NCBI GenBank assembly: GCA_003279685.1
Contig: QCHA01000002.1
Coordinates: 16,303 to 80,302, forward strand
Length of the DNA: 64,000 bases
Source: Pelagibacteraceae bacterium AG-390-L03
GTDB lineage: Bacteria > Pseudomonadota > Alphaproteobacteria > Pelagibacterales > Pelagibacteraceae
Reading direction: 5' to 3'
Below are positions 46,628 to 55,681 of the stretch, piece by piece. The notes under the pieces were generated by a model. That model was not told the DNA's origin. It made no database searches and was given only the letters and a program-made list of their open reading frames with translations. The position numbers and the translations under genes were made by a program. The stretch's first letter is position 1; every line of letters begins with the position of its first letter.

Positions 46628-47779
46628 ATGTCTAAAGTATTTGATTTATTCATAATAGGTGGTGGTATAAACGGAGCAGGTATTGCAAGAGATGCTGCAG
46701 GCAGAGGTTTTTCTGTTTGTTTAGCTGACAAAGGTGAGATTGGAGGAGCAACTTCTTCTTGGTCTACAAAATTAATTCATGGTGGCCTTCGTTATTTAGA
46801 AAATTATGAATTTAAATTAGTAAGAGAGTCTCTTAAAGAAAGAGAAATTGTTTACAGAATTGCAAAAAACATTTCAAAACCAATTCCATTTATTATTCCT
46901 CATACTGATAAAATTAGACCAGCATGGTTAATTAAATTTGGTTTGCTTTTGTATGATAATTTAGGCGGGAAAACTAGTATTCCAAAATCAAAAACATTAG
47001 ATCTAAATAAAAAATTTCCAAATATTCTTAAGGAGAAATACAAAACTGGTTTTCAATATTACGATATTCAAATTGATGATAAAAAATTAACAAAATTAAA
47101 TGCTCAAGATGCAAAAAAAAATAAAGCTAAAATACTAGAATACAACAAAGTTAAAAAAGCTGAAATTATTAATAATGAATGGGTCATTAGTCTTCAAAAC
47201 AGAAAAAAAATAAAATCAAAAGTTCTAATCAATGCATCTGGACCATGGATAAATGAAACTTTGCATAAAAATATAAAAATAAAATCTAAAAATAAAATAA
47301 GATTAGTTAAAGGAAGTCACATTATTACTAAGAAATTATATAAAGAAGATGTTGCATTTACATTTCAAAATACAGATAAAAGAATAATATTTGTAATTCC
47401 CTACAAAAAAAATTTTTCATTAATTGGAACAACTGAAGTGGAAGTTAAATCGCCTGAAAATACTGTAATATCAAAACAAGAAACTCAATATTTAATTCGA
47501 TCTGTAAATAATTATTTAAAAAAACAAATTAGCAAAAAGGATATAGTTGATACTTATTCTGGCATAAGGCCATTGATAGAAGATTTTAAAGAGGCCTCAA
47601 AAGTTACAAGAGATTATGTTTTTGATTTAAAAATTGTAAAAAAATTACCTCTTTTAAACATTTATGGAGGAAAACTTACTACATACAGAAAGTTGTCTGA
47701 AAAAGTCCTCATAGACCTTAAAAAGTTTTTACCCAAAACAAAAGTGGGACCCTGGACTTCAAAGAAAAAACTGATTTAA
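46628..47779 (+). CDS. glpD: FAD-dependent glycerol-3-phosphate dehydrogenase, C-terminally short
   Basis: GGGINGAG, TSSWSTKLIHGGLRYLE, KGSHI, GIRPL, GGKLTTYR. Confidence 0.88.
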   Translation: MSKVFDLFIIGGGINGAGIARDAAGRGFSVCLADKGEIGGATSSWSTKLIHGGLRYLENYEFKLVRESLKEREIVYRIAKNISKPIPFIIPHTDKIRPAWLIKFGLLLYDNLGGKTSIPKSKTLDLNKKFPNILKEKYKTGFQYYDIQIDDKKLTKLNAQDAKKNKAKILEYNKVKKAEIINNEWVISLQNRKKIKSKVLINASGPWINETLHKNIKIKSKNKIRLVKGSHIITKKLYKEDVAFTFQNTDKRIIFVIPYKKNFSLIGTTEVEVKSPENTVISKQETQYLIRSVNNYLKKQISKKDIVDTYSGIRPLIEDFKEASKVTRDYVFDLKIVKKLPLLNIYGGKLTTYRKLSEKVLIDLKKFLPKTKVGPWTSKKKLI

Positions 47780-47785
47780 AATATT

Positions 47786-48250
47786 TTACCTAGAATTAAT
47801 ATATTTTCTATTAAATGCAGTTACTATATCAGCAAGTCTTGGATTTACCTTTTCAATTTCAGAAATAGACTCAATCACCATCATATCTGCTTGCGCAGGA
47901 TCCATCATATTTTCTGACTCCATTAATCTGATTGAAAAAATTAATGACCCTTCATTAAGTAGTACGCCTGCTGAGTTTGCATTTTCTTCAATTCTCTCTT
48001 GCATAAAAATTTGTCTATCAATAAGTGACTTGTAATCTTCATAGATATTATCAACTTTTTGCTCTACTTTTGTAAGTATTTCCTTTTGAGCTATTGCCTT
48101 ACTTTCAGCTGTATTTTTAAGATAGAAACCTAAAAAAATTATAAAAGCAGAAGCAATTATACATAAAAGAGTTATTGAATAATTTTTTATATTTTCTGAT
48201 GAATTTGCCATTATTAAAAATAATATAAATTGTGATAATTTTGAATACAA
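47786..48250 (-). CDS. Hypothetical membrane-anchored coiled-coil protein
   Basis: One TM helix followed by an E/K/Q-rich helix; true start may be the second Met (MANSS). Confidence 0.55.
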   Translation of the reverse strand: MYSKLSQFILFLIMANSSENIKNYSITLLCIIASAFIIFLGFYLKNTAESKAIAQKEILTKVEQKVDNIYEDYKSLIDRQIFMQERIEENANSAGVLLNEGSLIFSIRLMESENMMDPAQADMMVIESISEIEKVNPRLADIVTAFNRKYINSR

Positions 48251-48305
48251 GCTTATATTATTTTTTTGTAACAGGACTGCTTTAAATATGATAAGCTAAT
48301 CAAAT

Positions 48306-48366
48306 AAAGCGATACATAACTCGTCGTTAAAATCAAAGATTTACGAAAGTGGGATCGGTCGTCTTT
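48306..48366 (+). promoter_or_regulatory. Candidate structured 5' leader RNA
   Basis: About 42% GC over 48309-48363 in an AT-rich spacer; nested complementary segments; ends ~15 nt before AGGAGG. No known Rfam family recognised. Confidence 0.3.
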
Positions 48367-48390
48367 AAATTAACTTTTAAAGGAGGCTTT

Positions 48391-49560
48391 ATGAAATTTG
48401 GTTATTTTTGTAATACCACAAACTGGACACACAAACCTTATCACGAACTATTAGATGAAACTAGAGAGATTACTGAATATTGTGATCAGAACAAATGGAA
48501 TTCTATTTGGTATACGGAACATCATTTTAACCATGAAGGAATGGAATCTTGTACAAACCCATTAATGATGGGTACAGATGCTGCTGCAAGAACTAAACAA
48601 ATTAGAATTGGTCAGGCATGTAATGTAATTACATTTCATAATCCTATACAGATGGCCGAAGATGTGGCTCTTTTAGATCAATTATCTAAAGGTAGAGTTG
48701 AAGTCGGTATTGGTAGAGGAATTTATGGAAGAGAAGCTGTAAATTTAAATATTGAAGCTGATATGAAAGATCAGGCTAAAAACTTTAGACTATTTGAAGA
48801 AACTTTAACTATTTTAAAGAAAGCCTGGAAAGAAAAATTTTTTGATCATAAGGGTGAATTTTACACTTATCCATCACCTGATTATGTTTGGCAGCATGAT
48901 ATGAGCAAACCAAGTGAAGAATTTATGGATATGGAAACTAATGTAATGAAAAAAATTAGCGTTCTACCTCAGCCATATCAAAAACCTTACCCGCCAATTC
49001 ATCAAGTTGTAGATGGTATCAGGTCTATTGAATGGGCTGCGCAACAAGGCTTAAATATTATTATGTGGATACCAACAGTTAAAGCATTAAAAATTAAATT
49101 TGAAGCTTTCAAGAATGCAAAATCTGAAGCTGAAAAAAGAAATGTGCCAATGGGTGAAGGAATTTCGCTTGTAAGAGATATGTTTGTTGCAGATACTATG
49201 GAAGAAGCCAAAGAAAAAGCTGGTGAGCATATGGTAAATTACATGAGATGGGTTTGTCACTGGAGGGGTCTAGGAAATCATATGGATCCAGGTGAAGAAC
49301 TTCCAGAAACTAAAGGTAAATTAGATTTATTAAATTATGAATTTTTACACAAAAGAAATATGTTATTTGGAACTCCAGAATATGTTGCTGATAAAATTCA
49401 TGAATTAAAATCCGAACTAAACTTACAAAACTTACAAGTTTGGTCAAATTTTCCTGGAGTGAAACATGAAGATTGTATGAAAAGTATTAAACTTTTTACT
49501 GAAAAAGTTATGCCTCACTTCCAAGATGATATAGAGACTGAAGTCAAAAAAGTTTCGTGA
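48391..49560 (+). CDS. Luciferase-like (LLM) flavin-dependent monooxygenase (start revised to ATG 48391)
   Basis: AGGAGG at 48381-48386 before MKFG; WYTEHHF, EDVALLDQLSKGRVEVGIGRG, GTPEYV. Confidence 0.9.
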   Translation: MKFGYFCNTTNWTHKPYHELLDETREITEYCDQNKWNSIWYTEHHFNHEGMESCTNPLMMGTDAAARTKQIRIGQACNVITFHNPIQMAEDVALLDQLSKGRVEVGIGRGIYGREAVNLNIEADMKDQAKNFRLFEETLTILKKAWKEKFFDHKGEFYTYPSPDYVWQHDMSKPSEEFMDMETNVMKKISVLPQPYQKPYPPIHQVVDGIRSIEWAAQQGLNIIMWIPTVKALKIKFEAFKNAKSEAEKRNVPMGEGISLVRDMFVADTMEEAKEKAGEHMVNYMRWVCHWRGLGNHMDPGEELPETKGKLDLLNYEFLHKRNMLFGTPEYVADKIHELKSELNLQNLQVWSNFPGVKHEDCMKSIKLFTEKVMPHFQDDIETEVKKVS

Positions 49561-51257
49561 TCAAATCACATAAGAAAATATCTGGTGGCCAGGCTGCCAT
49601 TCAATCTTTAAAAAAAGAAAAAGTTGAACATGTTTTTGGTCTTATCGGTTCTGCTACAATGGAGATGTTTGATGCTCTTTACCATGAAAAAAAAATAAAA
49701 TTTATTGGAGTAAGAGATGAAAGAACAGGCACTCATATGGCTGACGGGTATGCAAGAGCCTCGAACAAACCAGGTGTTATAATAGCTGGACAAAATGGAC
49801 CTGGAGCTACAAACTTAGTAACTGGTGTTGCTCAAGCAAAAGCTGCTTTTTCACCTGTAATTTCAATTGCTGGCTCTTATTCCACAAAAGATAAAATGGA
49901 AGATGCATTTCAGGGTCTTGATCAGCAATCTTTATTTACTCCAATTACAAAGAAAACCTGGACTGTTAAAAATTCAAAAATGATACCTAATGTTATGAGT
50001 GATGCTTTTAGCCTTGCAATGAAACCTAGAAGAGGTCCAGTTTGTGTTAATCTACCAAGAAATATTTTAGCAGCAACAAATACTTATAAAATCAATACTA
50101 ATAAGCCCTCTTTTGAAAGCGAGAGCAGTCTTAAAGGTAAAAAAGAAAAAATAAAAAAAGCTGCAAAAATTATAAATCAAGCAAGTCAATTTGTAATAAT
50201 TGCTGGTGGTGGGATTAAATATACCACTAAATATAAAGAAGTAATCAAACTTGCTGAATTGTTAAATGTACCAATTGTTACTGCAGCTGGCCATGGCGAT
50301 GCCATTCCATTTAATCATAGACTGAATGCAGGACAGATGGGACCCCGTGGAAATCCTGTTGCATCAAGACTTGTTAAAGAAGCAGATGTCATTTTAGCAA
50401 TTGGGACTAGATTAGGTTTTAACTCTACTTTTTACTCTTACGAAAACATAAATAAAAAGGCAAAAATTATTCAAATTGAAATTGAAAAAAAAATGCTTGG
50501 AAAATATTTTCCAATAGTTGTTGGAATTAATGCTGATGCAGCCACTGCCACCAATCAAATATATAATGAAATTAAAAAACAGAAAATTAAATTAGATATA
50601 AAAAATTGGACAAACTCATATTTAAAAGAAAGAAAAGATTATTTAAGTAACAGAGATAGAGATAATCTTGGAAAAAACTTCCCTATTCAACCAAAAGGGT
50701 TATTTAAACAATTAAGAAAAGCTCTACCAAAAGATACTGCTATTACTTTAGATGCAGGAACACTTTGTTTGCAGGCAACAGATGTTTTAGAATATTATAA
50801 TCCACCTTCATTATTTACACCTTTAGACTTTGGATTGGTGGGTTTTTCATTTGCATGCGGTCTTGGTGTTAAAATCGCAAAACCTAAAAAAACTGTTGTC
50901 AGCTTGATGGGAGATGGTGGTTTTGGCATGACTATATCTGAATTAAGCACTGCTGTTGAATATGGAATAAACACAACAACTATTGTAATGAATAATCAAA
51001 GTTGGGGGGCAGAAAAAGCTTACCAAAAAGATTTTTTTGGAAAAAGATATTTGGGTGCAGATATTACTAGCCCTTCATTTGATAAAGTTGCAGAATTATA
51101 TGGTGCAAAAGGGTTTAAGGTTAAAAAAATTTCTGAAGTAAATGAGGCTGTTAGAGCAGCTATTAAATCTAATAAACCTGCAGTAGTTGATGTTGATGTG
51201 GATCCTAGTGCATTATATAGTTTTAGAAGAGATAGTTTTAAACATAGGCAAAAATAA
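49557..51257 (+). CDS. Thiamine-diphosphate-dependent enzyme, Xsc/acetolactate-synthase-like
   Basis: FGLIGS, RDE, NGPG, GDGG...NN ThDP motif, WGAEK. Confidence 0.85.
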   Translation: MIKSHKKISGGQAAIQSLKKEKVEHVFGLIGSATMEMFDALYHEKKIKFIGVRDERTGTHMADGYARASNKPGVIIAGQNGPGATNLVTGVAQAKAAFSPVISIAGSYSTKDKMEDAFQGLDQQSLFTPITKKTWTVKNSKMIPNVMSDAFSLAMKPRRGPVCVNLPRNILAATNTYKINTNKPSFESESSLKGKKEKIKKAAKIINQASQFVIIAGGGIKYTTKYKEVIKLAELLNVPIVTAAGHGDAIPFNHRLNAGQMGPRGNPVASRLVKEADVILAIGTRLGFNSTFYSYENINKKAKIIQIEIEKKMLGKYFPIVVGINADAATATNQIYNEIKKQKIKLDIKNWTNSYLKERKDYLSNRDRDNLGKNFPIQPKGLFKQLRKALPKDTAITLDAGTLCLQATDVLEYYNPPSLFTPLDFGLVGFSFACGLGVKIAKPKKTVVSLMGDGGFGMTISELSTAVEYGINTTTIVMNNQSWGAEKAYQKDFFGKRYLGADITSPSFDKVAELYGAKGFKVKKISEVNEAVRAAIKSNKPAVVDVDVDPSALYSFRRDSFKHRQK

Positions 51258-51887
51258 ATGTCACAAAAAGATATTGGTAATAAAATTCCAATTTATAAAT
51301 TAAAAGCAGGTAAGGAAGTTGAAGATTATTATGACGAATGGACTGTTGAAAATAAATATGACAAGGATATGGTTGATTGGAAATATTCTGGACCTCAAGA
51401 AACTGTAGACCTTTTTAACAAACATGTTCCCAACAAAGATATAAAAATTTTAGATGCAGGTTGTGGGACTGGTTTAGTAGGTATTGAGCTAAAAAAACAT
51501 GGTTTTAAAAACTTTGATGGAGCTGATTTTTCACAAAAAATGCTGGACTTGGTACCAGAGAATATTTATCAAAACTTATTCAAAATCGATCTAAATAAAA
51601 AAGTTGATATAAAAGATAATACTTATGATGGGATAACCTGCGTTGGTACTTTTACATTTGGTCACGTTAACCCCCCTGCTTTAGATGAAATGGTAAGAAT
51701 TTGTAAAACAGGATCATTTATTTGTTTTACAATTAATCTAGGTATTTACGAAGAATATGGATTTGACAAAAAGATCAAAGAATTAGAAGATAAGAATTCT
51801 TGGAAAATAATTGAATTCTTTAAATCAAATTATATTGCAAGCAAAGGAGTAAATGCTTGGTTAGTGTTAGCTCAAGTAACAAAATAA
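51258..51887 (+). CDS. Class I SAM-dependent methyltransferase
   Basis: YDEW, ILDAGCGTGLVG, GADFSQKML, VGTFTFGH. Confidence 0.88.
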   Translation: MSQKDIGNKIPIYKLKAGKEVEDYYDEWTVENKYDKDMVDWKYSGPQETVDLFNKHVPNKDIKILDAGCGTGLVGIELKKHGFKNFDGADFSQKMLDLVPENIYQNLFKIDLNKKVDIKDNTYDGITCVGTFTFGHVNPPALDEMVRICKTGSFICFTINLGIYEEYGFDKKIKELEDKNSWKIIEFFKSNYIASKGVNAWLVLAQVTK

Positions 51888-51893
51888 AAAATT

Positions 51894-52481
51894 ATGGATA
51901 TTAATTTAAGAAAATTTACAAAATTTGTTGATAAAACTTTCATTGAAGGTGGTAAAAAGGCTAATGAACCAGTTTTGTTAGTTTCGGTTGCTGCTGTATT
52001 TAAAAATCCTTGGCATGGACAAGGTTTTGTTGAAGATTTAAGACCTATAATTTTAGATTTAGCACCTAAGCTCGGTGATTTATTAGTGCCCGAACTAATT
52101 AAAGAAATTGGATCTCCAGAAAAAATATTAGCATATGGTAAAGCTGGGGTAGTTGGTTTAAATGGAGAGATAGAACATGCTTCAGCTTTTATACATACAT
52201 TAAGATTTGGTAATAAATTTAGAGATGCTGTTGGTGGAACTTCTTATTTAAGTTTTACAAATACTAGAGGACCAGCTGGATCTAAAATTTCAATTCCAAT
52301 GATGCATAAAACGGACTCAGGATTGCGACCGTATTATTTAACACACGAATTTACGATACATGATGCTCCATTCGATGATGAAATTGTTATAGCAATTGGA
52401 GGAGCTTCAAGTGGAAGAGCTCATGCAAGAACTGGTGATAGATATCAAGATATGAAAGAAATGGGTATTGAGCCTAAGTAA
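51894..52481 (+). CDS. Amino-acid-synthesis family (DUF1185) protein
   Basis: AAVFKNPW, YGKAGVVG.NGEIEHASA, PMMHK, DAP..DE. Confidence 0.85.
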   Translation: MDINLRKFTKFVDKTFIEGGKKANEPVLLVSVAAVFKNPWHGQGFVEDLRPIILDLAPKLGDLLVPELIKEIGSPEKILAYGKAGVVGLNGEIEHASAFIHTLRFGNKFRDAVGGTSYLSFTNTRGPAGSKISIPMMHKTDSGLRPYYLTHEFTIHDAPFDDEIVIAIGGASSGRAHARTGDRYQDMKEMGIEPK

Positions 52482-52484
52482 TAT

Positions 52485-53270
52485 TTGATGACAACCGGGA
52501 ATACTGCATCAGGTACTTTTTATATCTTCAATAAAAAAGAGCAATCAATCCCAATAGTTTTTATTCATGGTGTTGGTTTAACTTATGAAATCTGGCAACC
52601 ACAATTAAATTTTTTTAAAAATTACTCTAATCTTTCATATGATATTCTTGGTCATGGAAGGTCATCTTTAACAAAACAAAATATAAGTTTTGATGATTTT
52701 TCAGAACAGCTTATAGAATTAATTGATGAACTTAAAATTAAAAAAATTCATTTAGTTGGTTTTTCAATTGGATCTTTAATAGCTAGAAATTTTGCAACTA
52801 GATATGGTGACCGATTACAATCATTGATTCTTTTAGGTTCAATATACAAACGATCTGAACAACAACAAAAAATAGTTAATGAAAGATTTGATCAAGCTAA
52901 AAAAGAATTAAAACTCTCAAGACAAGCGTTGAAAAGATGGTTTACAGACAAATATTTAGAAAATAACCCTGATACTTATGAAAAAATTAGTTCAATTTTA
53001 TCTGCAAATAATATGGCTAATTTTTTAAAAGTTTATGAGTTATTTGTTAGACATAAAAATGATGAAGACTTTGAAAAAATCTATTGCAAAACCTTAGTAA
53101 TGACTGGAGAACATGATATTGGGTCTACAATTGAAATGTCACAACAGTTAAACAACATAATTAAAAATAGTGAACTAAAGATCATCAAAGATGGTAAACA
53201 TCTTTGTGGTATTGAGTGTGCAGATGATGTAAATTTAGCAATCAAAAAATTTGTAGACAAAAATGACTAA
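52485..53270 (+). CDS. Alpha/beta hydrolase (TgnD-like context)
   Basis: IHGVG, YDILGHG, GFSIG, TGEHDIGST, H at GKH. Confidence 0.85.
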   Translation: MMTTGNTASGTFYIFNKKEQSIPIVFIHGVGLTYEIWQPQLNFFKNYSNLSYDILGHGRSSLTKQNISFDDFSEQLIELIDELKIKKIHLVGFSIGSLIARNFATRYGDRLQSLILLGSIYKRSEQQQKIVNERFDQAKKELKLSRQALKRWFTDKYLENNPDTYEKISSILSANNMANFLKVYELFVRHKNDEDFEKIYCKTLVMTGEHDIGSTIEMSQQLNNIIKNSELKIIKDGKHLCGIECADDVNLAIKKFVDKND

Positions 53271-54744
53271 GCTAAAACAGTATAAAATGTTCATTAATGG
53301 GGAGTGGGTTGACTCGGAAAGTAAAAGAACTTTTGAAACTTTAAACCCAGAAAACAATGAACCTTGGGCAATTGTTCCAGAAGCAAGTGCTAAAGATGTA
53401 AACAACGCAGTTAATGCGGCACAAAAAGCATTCGAAGGTGAGTGGCCTAAATTACTTCCAAGAGAAAGAGCTAAATTCTTAAGAGCTATTGGAGATCAAT
53501 TGAGACAAAACGCAGAGATGTTAGGTGAAATAGAAACGATTGATACTGGAAAACTTTTTAGAGAAACAAAAAAACAAGCAATCTATATTGCTGAGTATTA
53601 TGATTATTATGCAGGTCTTGCTGATAAAGTTGAAGGAACAGTTCTTCCAATTGATAAACCAAATGTTCAAGCGATAACTACAAGAATTCCAATTGGTGTT
53701 ATTGCTGCAATCATTCCTTGGAATTCACAAATGTTTTTAACAGCAACAAAATTAGCTCCTGCCCTTGCTATGGGGAATACAGTTGTAATTAAATCTTCAG
53801 AATTAGCACCCGCTGTAATGTTTGAATTTGCAAAACTTATTGAAAAAACTGGTATTCCTAAAGGAGTAGTAAATGTTATCACTGGCTTTGGTGATCCGTG
53901 TGGAAAAACTCTAACAACACATAACTTAGTTGAAAAAATTGCTTTTACTGGTGGACCTGAAACAGCAAGACATATAATTAGAAATTCAGCAGATAATTTA
54001 TCAGAAGTAAGTTTAGAACTAGGTGGAAAAAGTCCTGTTGCTGTATTTGATGATGCAGAACAAGAAAATGCAATAAATGGTATTGTTGCTGGAATTTTTG
54101 GTGCAAGCGGTCAAAGTTGTATAGCTGGTTCAAGACTTTATATTCAAAAAGGCATTTATGATGAATTTTTAGACAAACTCTCAAAACGTGCATCAAAAAT
54201 TAAAATTGGTGCTCCTATGGACTCTGAAACTGAGATGGGACCATTAAGTAGTTTTAAACAATTAGAAACAATTGAAAAAAATATAAAAGCGACAATTGAC
54301 CAAGGTGGAAAAATAAAGTGTGGTGGTAAACGACACTCTTTTTCTAACAAAGGATACTATTTTCCAGCGACAATTGTAGAATGCGACAACCATAATTTAC
54401 CTGTTGCAGAAAATGAATTATTTGGACCAGTTCTATCTGTTATGAAATTTGACACTGAAGAAGAAGTAATAAATAAGATGAATGATAATCAGTATGGATT
54501 ATCGTCTGGAGTTTATACCAGCAATCTTTCAAGAGGAATGAGAGTTTCTAAAGCAATAAGAGCAGGGATAACTTTTGTAAATACTTATAGATTAATTTCT
54601 CCATCTGCTCCATTTGGAGGTATTAAAGATAGTGGTTATGGTAAAGAAGCAGGAATCGAGTCAATAAAAGATTATACAAGAGTTAAAACAACTTGGTTCT
54701 ATACTTCTGATGAACCTTCACTAGACCCTTTTTCAATCAGGTAA
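53263..54744 (+). CDS. Aldehyde dehydrogenase (TgnC-like)
   Basis: PWNSQ, FTGGPETARH, LELGGKSP, GQSCIAG, ELFGPV, C-terminal DPFSIR. Confidence 0.9.
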   Translation: MTKLKQYKMFINGEWVDSESKRTFETLNPENNEPWAIVPEASAKDVNNAVNAAQKAFEGEWPKLLPRERAKFLRAIGDQLRQNAEMLGEIETIDTGKLFRETKKQAIYIAEYYDYYAGLADKVEGTVLPIDKPNVQAITTRIPIGVIAAIIPWNSQMFLTATKLAPALAMGNTVVIKSSELAPAVMFEFAKLIEKTGIPKGVVNVITGFGDPCGKTLTTHNLVEKIAFTGGPETARHIIRNSADNLSEVSLELGGKSPVAVFDDAEQENAINGIVAGIFGASGQSCIAGSRLYIQKGIYDEFLDKLSKRASKIKIGAPMDSETEMGPLSSFKQLETIEKNIKATIDQGGKIKCGGKRHSFSNKGYYFPATIVECDNHNLPVAENELFGPVLSVMKFDTEEEVINKMNDNQYGLSSGVYTSNLSRGMRVSKAIRAGITFVNTYRLISPSAPFGGIKDSGYGKEAGIESIKDYTRVKTTWFYTSDEPSLDPFSIR

Positions 54745-54748
54745 TATT

Positions 54749-55606
54749 TTGTCCCCAAAACACACTGTATTAATTGTTTTGGTGATGTTTTTTCTTGGTA
54801 GCGCTTATCCACTTGGTAAATTTGGATTAAATGCTTCAATGAATCCAATTTTCTTTGGTGCATTAAGAATGGGCTTTGTTTTTTTATGTTTATTACCATT
54901 TTGCAAAATAATTATTCCTAAAAAGAAATATATATTACCTTTAATAGGATTTTCTCTTTGTATGGGTGCGGGTGTAAATATGTTTTTATACTTATCTATC
55001 AATGCAGTGACTTTATTGGCTCCTATTACAATTGGAGCACAACTATCTATACCGTTTGCAATACTAATAAGTTCTTTATTTTTAAAAGAAAGTATTAGTT
55101 TAAAAAAATGGATTTTTATTTTTTCATCATTTTTAGGAATACTATTTATAGCTTTTGATCCAAATATTTTCGATGAAATTGTTGGTACTTTTTTGGTTTT
55201 TGGAATGGCCTTTTTTTATGGACTATCTCAAGTTTTTTCAAGATACATAAAAGACCTAGATGTAAAGTTTACAAACGCTTTTATGGGGCTTATAGGTTTT
55301 TTAGTCTTGATTATTTTTTCTCAAATATTTGAAGGAAACATCGTTAAACAAATGGAGAAAGTTGAAACAAATGGTTGGCTTGCGGTTATGTATGCTGGAA
55401 TGATCATTTCAATTTTAGGACACATGATGATGTTTTATCTTTATAAATTTTATCCAATAGGAATGGTCATGCCTTTTTATTCACTATTTCCTGTTTTTGG
55501 ACTGATATTAACTTTCTTTATATTTGGCGAAGTACCCTCTTTAATAACAGTATTTGGCGGTATAGTTGTAATAACATCAATATATTTACTTCAAAAAACT
55601 AAGTAA
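54749..55606 (+). CDS. DMT/EamA family transporter (TTG start)
   Basis: About 10 TMs, duplicated EamA pattern, FLKES. Confidence 0.82.
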   Translation: MSPKHTVLIVLVMFFLGSAYPLGKFGLNASMNPIFFGALRMGFVFLCLLPFCKIIIPKKKYILPLIGFSLCMGAGVNMFLYLSINAVTLLAPITIGAQLSIPFAILISSLFLKESISLKKWIFIFSSFLGILFIAFDPNIFDEIVGTFLVFGMAFFYGLSQVFSRYIKDLDVKFTNAFMGLIGFLVLIIFSQIFEGNIVKQMEKVETNGWLAVMYAGMIISILGHMMMFYLYKFYPIGMVMPFYSLFPVFGLILTFFIFGEVPSLITVFGGIVVITSIYLLQKTK

Positions 55607-55624
55607 TTTTTCATTGAATTGTTG

Positions 55625-55667
55625 AGATAATCATCATTTAATTATCTTTTTATAAATTGTTAACAAT
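55625..55667. promoter_or_regulatory. Two palindromes upstream of livK (possible operators)
   Basis: agataat-N9-attatct (55625-55647) and the perfect 12-bp palindrome attgttaacaat (55656-55667) just before the RBS. Confidence 0.3.
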
Positions 55668-55681
55668 AAAAGAGGAAGATA

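Noticed and set aside
48306-48366. Match to glutamine (glnA), c-di-GMP-I, guanidine or SAM-V riboswitches
   Set aside because: Only a partial ACGAAAGTGGG resemblance; the other conserved elements are absent, so it is kept only as an unclassified candidate.
48349-48390. GTG-initiated extension of the LLM monooxygenase
   Set aside because: Strong AGGAGG precedes ATG 48391 and MKFG is the usual LLM start.
49557-51257. Gene symbol xsc or ilvB
   Set aside because: Xsc-like motifs are only partial, there is no pta or tauXY context and no ilvH small subunit.
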